Positions 17,292 through 25,978 of a stretch of DNA of 64,000 nt are shown here, in pieces; position 1 is the first letter of the stretch, and each line of letters opens with the position of its first letter. Under the pieces are notes generated by a model. That model was not told where the DNA came from. It saw only the letters and a list, made by a program, of their open reading frames with translations, and did not search any database. The position numbers and the translations under genes were made by a program. Origin of the DNA: an uncultured virus (IMG/VR IMGVR_UViG_3300042363_000446) (Duplodnaviria; Heunggongvirae; Uroviricota; Caudoviricetes); IMG/VR virus record IMGVR_UViG_3300042363_000446, one strand, 5' to 3'.

Positions 17292-17447
17292 CTATTTAGC
17301 TGGTTGAGAAGCCTCTAGAACTTCGTTAGAAGCTTCTACCCAAGCTTTGATAGTTTCATTTTCACTGATCTTATTACTGAAATTATCTACTACCCACTTG
17401 CATGTGTCAATACTTTTGGAGTGATATCCAGGTAAGTTAACAATCAT
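17292..17447 (-). CDS. small hypothetical protein (MIVNLPGY...)
   Basis: ATG at 17447 overlaps the TAA of the upstream peptide (TAATG). Confidence 0.55.
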   Translation of the reverse strand: MIVNLPGYHSKSIDTCKWVVDNFSNKISENETIKAWVEASNEVLEASQPAK

Positions 17448-17599
17448 TACATGCTCGTAATTGCTACATTCATTGCAAACATCGAAACCGTTGCCACGCA
17501 TAGAAATAAAACCATTTCTATTCGCTCAAGTGATACACTCTTTTTAAGTTTTCTTGTAGCCATTACATTGCCGTACTTGATTCTTCTTGTGAAAGACAT
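17447..17599 (-). CDS. 50-aa basic/hydrophobic membrane peptide (not in the ORF track)
   Basis: MSFTRRIKYGNVMATRKLKKSVSLERIEMVLFLCVATVSMFAMNVAITSM*; SD AAGGA; translationally coupled to the next ORF. Confidence 0.55.
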   Translation of the reverse strand: MSFTRRIKYGNVMATRKLKKSVSLERIEMVLFLCVATVSMFAMNVAITSM

Positions 17600-17698
17600 T
17601 TTTTTGTTCCTTTTCCTTTATGAGGTTATTTAAAATTGAATTAGTTACAACACCATGCTGTAACTAACGAAAAGAGTAACTGTTACTCTTTCGCACAC

Positions 17699-17747
17699 TA
17701 TTTATCAAAGTGATACGCATAGTAACAATATATTGTAGAAATAGCAA
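17699..17747 (-). promoter_or_regulatory. tandem sigma70-type and late promoters for the tmRNA mini-operon
   Basis: TTGCTA-17 bp-TACTAT with extended -10 TG (17747-17719); ATAAATA at 17699-17705. Confidence 0.55.
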
Positions 17748-17777
17748 GACATTTTTAGGGTGAATTTACCCAAAATG

Positions 17778-20700
17778 CTAGTTATCAAATCTAGCTTTTA
17801 ACCATGCCCATTCGTAGCTTAGTTTTAGTTTGTTAAACTCACCCTCAACTTCATTATAATAGTCGCTAGCGTCTTTTGCACCTTTCAAACAGTAGTCAGC
17901 AAAGTTGCCTTCAGCTTTTGTTAGCCAAGTATCTAAACGCTGCTTGCTGATTGAGTCAGTAGCGGCTTTTAGTTTTATTACTTCTCTAAACGCAGTACGC
18001 CAAGTAGCAAACGCATCAGTGTTAAACATAGCCGTACCTGATATTTCTTCTACTACTTCGTGTTCATCGTCTAGTGTAAAGTCTAAGCCTTTACCTATAT
18101 TGTTTAGTACCAATGACTTTTGATAAGCAATCATTGCTTGGTGACCATAGACTAAACCATTCACCGGGTTTTCAGCATAAAAGATATAATGCTTAGCAAC
18201 TTGCATTCTATCGGGTTGCCATGCCCAATCAAACTTGTCATTTACTTTTAGCTTGGCGAAAACTGTAAACGCCCATGGAGTGTTACTTGCTTCTAGTGCA
18301 GCATGATAAGCTTGTACTCTACCATTTATACCATCTACTCTTACTACACGATTAGAAAGTTTGTGAGTTACTTTTAGCAAGTGCTCGTAGTTTTCTTCAG
18401 CATCTTGTTCTCCATTGCTCAAGAATACGATATCAATAGGCTTAGACTTTGCTATACGATCTACTTTTTTGATATATGGATAATCGTACAACTCTCTTTT
18501 TACATACTCTTTGGCTTCTTGAGGCACTATAATTTTTGTAGCACCTTCGCTAGCAACTATAATTGTTTTAGTTCTAGGTGACCAAAGATTCATTGGTTCA
18601 TCGTTTAAAGTTTGAATATTTTCATCTGTGCTGCTAATCATTGTTACATATGGAAAGTCAAACTCTGTGGGTATAGCAGTTGCATGTGTGTCATCATGAA
18701 CGATAATAATTGGTTCTAGCAAACGATCAACTCGCATAGTTTGATTGAAGTTTATCTTTTCGTAATCTTCTAAACTTGCAATACTTTCTAATTGTAGTTT
18801 TGTTTTGTTTACATCTAATAAGAATGTATCACCGAACTTTTGTTTTTCGCTAGGGAACACATGTAGCTGATCTCGTGCAAAAGGATCACTGATATATGTA
18901 AAGTCAAAGTTAGTGTAATCACATACTGAACTGCACAACCAAAGATAATGTTCTTTCTTTGTAATCATATTAGTTAACAAGTTTTTAAAAGTTCTTAAAT
19001 AACTACCGTCGTATTTTATCGTAGTTAAATTAGCTTTTAGTGTTGTATCTAAATTAGTTTTTAGTGTTGTATCTAAATTAGTTTTTAGTGCTAAAAATTC
19101 TGCAACTTGATTAGCTTCTTTATTTCCATGATCTATCAATACAATATCATGTTGACATTGAGTAGCTTTTGCTTTTCTGTCTTTAACAAAGTTTACTATA
19201 GAAAGGTGTTCAATGATTTTTACATACTTAGTATCTTCAGGGAATGTTTCTTTGTTTACTAAAAACGTAGTACCCCAACGTGACCATTGAGTACCAAACA
19301 CTGTTAACATTTTCATTTGCCAGGGGTTAGGATAATAATTAAAGTCAAAGTTTGTGTAATCTAATTCACTGTCTAGAATCCAAAACAATTCTGTAGTAGC
19401 TTTGTTTGCACAACGATTGATAGTGTCAACCCAAGAACTTATATAACGAACTTTTTGTATCGTAGGGAATCTTTCTTTCAACTGTTCATATTTTGAGGTA
19501 GCATTTTGATTGTACCTATCTACAAAAAACATATCAGGCTTTACGAACAGTTTAGACAATGCTTTTTCATCTAGCCCAGTAGTTTCAATAAACTTTAACT
19601 GAGTGTTCCCTCTTATGTATGATTTTGCATTAACAAAATACGTGTGTGTTAATTCACTGTCCACTGAACCAAATACGCTTACATAAGTTGACTCCCACGA
19701 TCCGTCTACTAAGTCTGGTCTCCAAGTAAAATCAAAATCTTGATAATTAATATTTTTTCTAGTTGCCCAAAATACTTCTGTAGAATGTTGTTTCACTAAA
19801 TTATCTAATGTAGTTTCTATTTGATATTTTTTTACTTGTATTCCAATCTCTAGATACACAATGTCGCCTGTGTTATCAGGTGTGACATATCTAGGACCAT
19901 CGTTTTTGTCTGCAATACTACCAAACTGGTATATGTACGAAGGTGAATGAGGATCAGGATGCCAAGTAAAATCAAATGTGTCTTTGTCAAAGTCACTGGG
20001 TATTTGCCAATTGTTAAAGTTAGGCATTAATATTGCTTTGATATCGTCAATATATTTTCTTTCTGTTGCTTCTGAAACATGATATTCTATTGTAGGCATT
20101 TTTTCAGCAGAATATTGCTTATTACCAAATACGTAGATATACGGAGGTTCTTTTGGATCAGGTCTCCACGTAAAGTCAAATTTGTTTTTATTTACTGGAT
20201 GTATAATTTTCCACTTATCCCATTCAGGAAACAGTTCTACTAACTCATCCATGAACTTGATTTCAGTAGCTTCAGGTACGCGATATTCAAGTACATGTTT
20301 TTCTTCTACTGGAAAGTATTTACAGCCCCACTTATATATGAATGGGGGTTCTTTTGGATCAGGTCTCCAAGTAAAGTCAAATTTATTTTTATCTACTAGT
20401 TCTAGTTCTTTCCACCGATCCCATTCAGGTACTAGCTCAACTAATTCATCCATAAATTTAATATCAGTAGCATCAGGTACGTGATATTCAAGTACATGTT
20501 TTTCTTCTACTGGAAAATACTTACAACCCCATCGGTATATAAAAGGAGGTTCAGTAGGCTCAGGATGCCAAGAAAAATCAAAAGTAGACTTATCAATAAG
20601 TTCTAATTCTTTCCAACGATCCCATTCCGGTAAAAGTTCAATTACTTGATCCATATATTTGATTTGATTAGCCCCAGCGCAGTAGTATTCTACTGTAGGC

Positions 20701-22151
20701 ATCTTTTCAGCAGAGTATTGCTTATTACCAAACACATAAATATACGGAGGGTCTTTTGGATCAGGTCTCCAAGAAAAATCAAAAGTAGATTTATCAATGG
20801 AATAATTTATTTTCCAACGATCCCATTCAGGTAATAGTTCAATTACTTGATCCATATATTTGATTTCTGTAGCATCAGGTACGCGATATTCTAACACATG
20901 CTTTTCTTCTACTGGAAAATACTTACAGCCCCACTTATATATGAATGGTGGCTCGTGTAAATCAGGACGCCAAGTAAAATCAAATTTAGTTTTGTCTATT
21001 AACTCAATTTCTTTCCATCTATCCCATTGTGATTCTAATTCAACTACTTCATCCATGTATTTTACTTCAGTAGCACCTGGTGCATGATATTCAAGTACGT
21101 GTCTTTCAAACATAGAATAGTACTTAGAAGCCCACTTATATATAAACGGCGGTTCCTTAGGATCGGGGCGCCAAGTAAAGTCAAATTTAGTTTTGTCTAT
21201 TAATTCAATTTCTTTCCACCGATCCCACTCAGGTACTAGATTAATTACTTGATCCATATATTTGATTTCTGTGGCATCAGGTACGTGATACTCAAGTACG
21301 TGCTTTTCTTCTACTGGAAAATATTTACAACCCCATTTGTAAATGAAGGATGGTTCTGTTGGATCAGGACGCCAAGTAAAATCAAAAGTAGACTTGTCAA
21401 TAAGTTCTAGTTCTTTCCACCGATCCCACTCAGGTAATAGTTCAATTACTTGATCCATATATTTTATTTCTGTGGCATCAGGTACATGATATTCAAGTAC
21501 GTGCTTTTCTTCTACCGGAAAATACTTACAACCCCATTTATATATAAACGGCGGTTCAGTGGGATCAGGTCTCCAAGTAAAGTCAAACTTGTTTTTATCT
21601 ATAAGTTCTAATTCTTTCCATCGTGATTTTTGTTCAACAAGTTCAACTAATCTTGTCATAAACTTTACGTCAGTAGCACCCTCTACATGATATTCAATAG
21701 TTGATTTTAGTTCTGCTGATACCCACTTGTTACCCCATACATAGATATAAGGAGGATCAGTAGGATCAGGGTGCCATGAAAAATCAAACTTTGTTTGATC
21801 AATATCGTCTAATACTTTCCAGCACTCAGTAATTTCATTTTTTCTGTTAACTGGGTCAACATCAGCACGGTATACTGTGTATCCTTTGTGATCTTTAGGA
21901 CACAACCAAGTTCCTGAATCTTTTTGATGTTGGCTAGGCCAAACATTATTATGATCTTGCGCCCATACATCTTCGTCAGGTAAGAACTCAAAGTCCCAAT
22001 CCCAGTCAAAGTTTTTATAATCACCATATTCGTTGATTATCCAGAAATGTTCAGTAGTTGCTTGTTGTCTAGCGTCTTCTAATGACTCAGCAAACTTTTC
22101 TCTCGGATGAACATTGGGTTTTTTGTTGTAGTAAAATACGTCTCTAATCAT
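17778..22151 (-). CDS. 1457-aa multidomain glycosyltransferase-like protein with 67-aa tandem repeats
   Basis: C-terminal DIVFLSNGE..AEENY...RVDGINGRVQAY domain similar to ORF 33982-34932; recurring FDF.W.PD modules. Confidence 0.65.
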   Translation of the reverse strand: MIRDVFYYNKKPNVHPREKFAESLEDARQQATTEHFWIINEYGDYKNFDWDWDFEFLPDEDVWAQDHNNVWPSQHQKDSGTWLCPKDHKGYTVYRADVDPVNRKNEITECWKVLDDIDQTKFDFSWHPDPTDPPYIYVWGNKWVSAELKSTIEYHVEGATDVKFMTRLVELVEQKSRWKELELIDKNKFDFTWRPDPTEPPFIYKWGCKYFPVEEKHVLEYHVPDATEIKYMDQVIELLPEWDRWKELELIDKSTFDFTWRPDPTEPSFIYKWGCKYFPVEEKHVLEYHVPDATEIKYMDQVINLVPEWDRWKEIELIDKTKFDFTWRPDPKEPPFIYKWASKYYSMFERHVLEYHAPGATEVKYMDEVVELESQWDRWKEIELIDKTKFDFTWRPDLHEPPFIYKWGCKYFPVEEKHVLEYRVPDATEIKYMDQVIELLPEWDRWKINYSIDKSTFDFSWRPDPKDPPYIYVFGNKQYSAEKMPTVEYYCAGANQIKYMDQVIELLPEWDRWKELELIDKSTFDFSWHPEPTEPPFIYRWGCKYFPVEEKHVLEYHVPDATDIKFMDELVELVPEWDRWKELELVDKNKFDFTWRPDPKEPPFIYKWGCKYFPVEEKHVLEYRVPEATEIKFMDELVELFPEWDKWKIIHPVNKNKFDFTWRPDPKEPPYIYVFGNKQYSAEKMPTIEYHVSEATERKYIDDIKAILMPNFNNWQIPSDFDKDTFDFTWHPDPHSPSYIYQFGSIADKNDGPRYVTPDNTGDIVYLEIGIQVKKYQIETTLDNLVKQHSTEVFWATRKNINYQDFDFTWRPDLVDGSWESTYVSVFGSVDSELTHTYFVNAKSYIRGNTQLKFIETTGLDEKALSKLFVKPDMFFVDRYNQNATSKYEQLKERFPTIQKVRYISSWVDTINRCANKATTELFWILDSELDYTNFDFNYYPNPWQMKMLTVFGTQWSRWGTTFLVNKETFPEDTKYVKIIEHLSIVNFVKDRKAKATQCQHDIVLIDHGNKEANQVAEFLALKTNLDTTLKTNLDTTLKANLTTIKYDGSYLRTFKNLLTNMITKKEHYLWLCSSVCDYTNFDFTYISDPFARDQLHVFPSEKQKFGDTFLLDVNKTKLQLESIASLEDYEKINFNQTMRVDRLLEPIIIVHDDTHATAIPTEFDFPYVTMISSTDENIQTLNDEPMNLWSPRTKTIIVASEGATKIIVPQEAKEYVKRELYDYPYIKKVDRIAKSKPIDIVFLSNGEQDAEENYEHLLKVTHKLSNRVVRVDGINGRVQAYHAALEASNTPWAFTVFAKLKVNDKFDWAWQPDRMQVAKHYIFYAENPVNGLVYGHQAMIAYQKSLVLNNIGKGLDFTLDDEHEVVEEISGTAMFNTDAFATWRTAFREVIKLKAATDSISKQRLDTWLTKAEGNFADYCLKGAKDASDYYNEVEGEFNKLKLSYEWAWLKARFDN
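19026..19090. repeat. 24-bp tandem repeat x2.7 (KTNLDTTL)
   Basis: TAAATTAGTTTTTAGTGTTGTATC units, in frame. Confidence 0.85.
19920..21821 (-). repeat. 201-bp/67-aa intragenic tandem repeat, 9 full units + 1 partial
   Basis: consensus WKELELIDKxxFDFTWRPDPxEPPFIYKWGCKYFPVEEKHVLEYHVPDATEIKYMDQVIELLPEWDR recurring every 201 nt. Confidence 0.95.
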
Positions 22152-22185
22152 GAAACTATTTAGAAGTTAATACTTACTGTTGAAA

Positions 22186-23697
22186 TTAATCTTTGGTGTA
22201 GACAGGTAAATTATACTTTTGTGAGAAAGCAATAGCGTCTTGTTCATCATTTACAATAGGCTGACCTTTGATATTCAAACTAGTGTTTAACAGAATAGGA
22301 CACCCAGTCTTTTTGTAAAACTCTTTTAACAAAGTATATAAACCAGGATGCTGTTCGTAGTTAACAGTTTGCACTCTGCTTGTACCGTCTGCGTGTATAA
22401 TAGCAGGAAACTTAGTGGGCTTTTTGCACTTAGCAACAAACTGCATATAAGGTGATACTGTATTGTTGGGCATTTCAAAGTATTCGTGTACAAACTCTTC
22501 CATGATAACAGGTGCAAATGGTCTAAACTTTTGTCTATGCTTAATAGCGTTTACTCTGTCTTTTATTTCATTGCCTCTTGGATCAGCCATCAAACTACGA
22601 TTGCCTAACGCTCTAGGTCCAAACTCTGCCTTACCGTTTGCTATACCAAATATTTCACCACGCTCTAAACTCTCAAGTGCTTTTTGTATAGGATACTCGC
22701 CCTTAATATCATAACCTAAGTAAGGAGTTTGCCAATTAACTTTATTACCAGTTCTGTTAAAATGCTCTAGTGCTGCTGCACCAAGAGAACTACCTGCGTC
22801 ACCTGGATTTGGCATGATATGAATGTTTTCATACCATCTGAACAATTCACTATTTGCTACACAGTTAAGAGCTACACCTCCCATGAAAACTAAATTATTT
22901 GAATTAGTAAGTTCTTTAGCATACAGTGCATAAGCCATAATTCTTTTTTCTACTTCCATTTGTGCTGCTCTAGCAATATCATAATCAGTATACTCAGTGT
23001 ACATGTCTTTTGATATACCTCTATGTAAGTTCTTTTTCATTTTTAATGCTTTTCTAGGATTATGAAAAGGTTCAGGGTAGCTAAAGAAATCATGTGACAT
23101 TTTGTAGCTGAGGAAAGTAGCGGCATCCTTAGAGCCATAAGCAGCCATGCCCATAAGAATGTACTCATCTTCCATTGGCTTTAAGCCAACTCTGTGTGTC
23201 ATAGCACTGTAGAATAAGCCAAGACTACTAGGGTACTTTACGCTATGCTTTTTAGTAAGCTTATTATCTTTCCAATGCCATATCGTAGCAGTATCAAATT
23301 CGCCTATGGCATCTATAACCATAATGGCACATTCATCAAAGTCACTAGTTAACACGCCTGCTGCCGCATGTGTTTCATGATGCCAATATTCTTTTATAGG
23401 TATTCCTGCTAATTGAGGATAAAATTGTTCAATCCATTCTTTCGTACTAGGTTCTTTTAGAGCTTGCCACGAGCCTGCCCTTATATGTCTTAGCTTTTTG
23501 AAAAAGTTCTTTTCGTGTAAAACAATTTGATCGGGCTTGCCGAACGCAAGTGCTGCATTAATGATTTCTTGATTCAAGAAACAATCATTTTTTATTTTAC
23601 TGTATCGTTCGCTGTGTGCGGCAAAGACGATGTTACCGTCTTGTAACACAGTAACCGCAGCATCATGAAACCCTGCACTAATTCCTAAAATAATCAT
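22186..23697 (-). CDS. carbamoyltransferase (NodU/CmcH family)
   Basis: ILGISAGFHDAA, HHETHA, GGVALNC, GDAG, EFGPRALGNRS, FRPFAP, LNTSLN. Confidence 0.95.
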   Translation of the reverse strand: MIILGISAGFHDAAVTVLQDGNIVFAAHSERYSKIKNDCFLNQEIINAALAFGKPDQIVLHEKNFFKKLRHIRAGSWQALKEPSTKEWIEQFYPQLAGIPIKEYWHHETHAAAGVLTSDFDECAIMVIDAIGEFDTATIWHWKDNKLTKKHSVKYPSSLGLFYSAMTHRVGLKPMEDEYILMGMAAYGSKDAATFLSYKMSHDFFSYPEPFHNPRKALKMKKNLHRGISKDMYTEYTDYDIARAAQMEVEKRIMAYALYAKELTNSNNLVFMGGVALNCVANSELFRWYENIHIMPNPGDAGSSLGAAALEHFNRTGNKVNWQTPYLGYDIKGEYPIQKALESLERGEIFGIANGKAEFGPRALGNRSLMADPRGNEIKDRVNAIKHRQKFRPFAPVIMEEFVHEYFEMPNNTVSPYMQFVAKCKKPTKFPAIIHADGTSRVQTVNYEQHPGLYTLLKEFYKKTGCPILLNTSLNIKGQPIVNDEQDAIAFSQKYNLPVYTKD

Positions 23698-24803
23698 TGG
23701 TAAATAAATGGATCTCGTTTTCTAAGTTCTTCCAATCTCGCTTTTAATCGTTGTTCTCTTTCATCTTGATATGACGATTCTAATCCCTTTTTGTATATAC
23801 TCAACAGTGAAAAAATCTCAGTTCTTAGATTATTTTTAAATTCTTCAGTTTCGTTTAATATAGCCATAAGTTTTTTACCCTCACTATAATTATAGCAATA
23901 ATGAGCAGCAACTCTAAATTTAGTAAAATTATCAGAATCTGATTCTGATAACACCCACCTTTTCCAATAATCACTATTAATTACTGAAATAAAAAAGACA
24001 GCAAATTCTGCCGAACAATGATCTCTTAGTTGGTATAATACAGTGGATTGTATAGATCCCAATTGAGGAGCTATATTAACTGCATCTACATTTGCTTTTG
24101 TTCTATACAATAAATCGCTTTCTAACAAATAATCAGCGTTATGTTCTTTGAACATCAATCCATATGAGTGTATCTTTTCTGAAGTTACTTTATTCACAAT
24201 TGGATCAAATGTTCCAACTTGAGTGTGTTTAGTTAAACTTCCGGTTTGCGTAACAAAGAATTTTAAATTATTTTTATATTTTTGAACAAACACTAATTGC
24301 TTGTCTAAGTTAGCAATACTTTCATCTAATCCAGTATTAGTATTATCTTCACTACCAAATTCAAACATGATATCAGGATTAAGTGACAATGCATAATCAA
24401 ATAGCTTGATTGCTACTGATTCTTGCATATCTTGACTTACTCTACTTACGTCTATATGAATTAAATCAAATCCTGACTCTATATCAGTTTCTATAGTTTT
24501 TAAGCATCTATTTACTGCATAATCTAAAGTTAAGCGTTTATCATCATCACTAAAGTAAGGTCCGCAATGATCTCTACAAATCAATACTCGGTTAGGATCA
24601 TAATTTTTATTTTGTTTAACATACTCAACAAAAGATTCAGTAGTAAACGCATAGCCAGAATCAAAATCTACTTGATTTCTACTAGCTATTAACATGATAG
24701 GATAATCGTGAATCTTACTATATTCTAAGCAAAGATTTACTATATCTTTACTCATAGGTCCTAGACCTAGTTTAAATTTACTTATGTTCATTAATAATAA
24801 CAT
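23694..24803 (-). CDS. GatZ/KbaZ-like (tagatose-phosphate epimerase / class II aldolase non-catalytic) TIM-barrel protein with a fused KRDPFIY tail
   Basis: IASRNQVD..SGY, CRDHCGP, GFDLIHID, FEFGSE, EHNADYL, NIAPQL. Confidence 0.75.
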   Translation of the reverse strand: MLLLMNISKFKLGLGPMSKDIVNLCLEYSKIHDYPIMLIASRNQVDFDSGYAFTTESFVEYVKQNKNYDPNRVLICRDHCGPYFSDDDKRLTLDYAVNRCLKTIETDIESGFDLIHIDVSRVSQDMQESVAIKLFDYALSLNPDIMFEFGSEDNTNTGLDESIANLDKQLVFVQKYKNNLKFFVTQTGSLTKHTQVGTFDPIVNKVTSEKIHSYGLMFKEHNADYLLESDLLYRTKANVDAVNIAPQLGSIQSTVLYQLRDHCSAEFAVFFISVINSDYWKRWVLSESDSDNFTKFRVAAHYCYNYSEGKKLMAILNETEEFKNNLRTEIFSLLSIYKKGLESSYQDEREQRLKARLEELRKRDPFIYQ

Positions 24804-25257
24804 CCTTTAAATACAAACAAGCGTCAAGAACTGCACCAGATCCAGCCGCGCTTTCAGTGATAAATTTAGCCGCTTGTTTTGCTTCTTTTCTAGCACTTGA
24901 GGGTGCTATACCTATCTTAACTTTTTCAAGAATAGGAGCATCGTGATAACCGTCACCTATAAACGCAGTCTCATCTAGATTACAATTATCTATGAACCAT
25001 TCCATACGATGTCCTTCAGGAACAAGATGCAACTGTTCTGAGCTAAACTTCCAATCAGTTACAATTCTAGCATAGGTGATATCCCAGCCAACCTTGTCAG
25101 CCGTTATAAACTGTATGTCTTTTATATAATTTTTAATTATCTTTAAGCCATCACTATCATGTGGACCAAATACTTTATATATTTTTCCTTCTTTACTATA
25201 TATTAAGTGACCGGTAGTTAATACCCCGTCTATATCCAAAACTAACTTAGTAATCAT
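24778..25257 (-). CDS. KdsC-like HAD phosphatase
   Basis: LDIDGVLT, FIGDGYHD, GSGAV. Confidence 0.85.
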   Translation of the reverse strand: MITKLVLDIDGVLTTGHLIYSKEGKIYKVFGPHDSDGLKIIKNYIKDIQFITADKVGWDITYARIVTDWKFSSEQLHLVPEGHRMEWFIDNCNLDETAFIGDGYHDAPILEKVKIGIAPSSARKEAKQAAKFITESAAGSGAVLDACLYLKDVIINEHK

Positions 25258-25978
25258 TTTTTTCAGCTTCTATTTTGTCAAATTCTAGTTCGTTTACTAG
25301 TACACCGGTATATAACATAAATTGTTTTAAAAATTGATGTTTGTAAAACTCTGACCCACTTATGTATTCTACATCGTTGTTTAGACATTGTTTGTATAAT
25401 TCTTTCTTTTTTATTGCTAAGTCTATTACTAGTTTCTTGTTTTTTAAACTAAGCAAAGGACTTTCATCATCAACCGTTCCTATACCGGTGCAGTTTATAA
25501 CTACTTCAGCATTGTTATCATGTCTATCGTCCCAGTTTTGCAATCTGCGACTATACATATTTATAGTGATGTCTCTGTTGGATAAATATTTACTATACAT
25601 GCTAGCCATTGATCCGTCGCCTAGTATAGCAACTGACTTTGATTGTATTTTAGTAGATGTTTGGATAACGCCTTCAATGTCGGTATTATACCCGTATAGC
25701 TTTTTGTCTTTAATAACAATTGTATTACATGAGTTGTAGTTGCTGACCGAAGAGTCACAATAATTAAGCATCAAACTTGCTTGCTGCTTAAATGGCATAC
25801 TTACACTTATACCACTAACGCCCTGATCTATTGCTGCTCTTATTTGATCTTCAAAATTTTCATCAGTAGCCGGTAAGGGAACATATTCAGCTTCTATGTT
25901 GTAAAGCTTAAAGAAATTAGTGTAAAAATATTTTCCGTTAGAACTTGGATATTTGCTAAGACTAATGAATCGTTTCAT
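25247..25978 (-). CDS. shikimate-dehydrogenase-family oxidoreductase (divergent)
   Basis: GISVSMPFK, SCNTI, GYNTD, ILGDGSMA, INCT. Confidence 0.8.
   Translation of the reverse strand: MKRFISLSKYPSSNGKYFYTNFFKLYNIEAEYVPLPATDENFEDQIRAAIDQGVSGISVSMPFKQQASLMLNYCDSSVSNYNSCNTIVIKDKKLYGYNTDIEGVIQTSTKIQSKSVAILGDGSMASMYSKYLSNRDITINMYSRRLQNWDDRHDNNAEVVINCTGIGTVDDESPLLSLKNKKLVIDLAIKKKELYKQCLNNDVEYISGSEFYKHQFLKQFMLYTGVLVNELEFDKIEAEKNDY

Noticed and set aside
19920..21821. CRISPR array or DGR template/variable repeat
   Set aside because: Repeats are in-frame 201-nt coding units without spacers; differences look largely synonymous rather than adenine-specific; no cas or RT gene in the window
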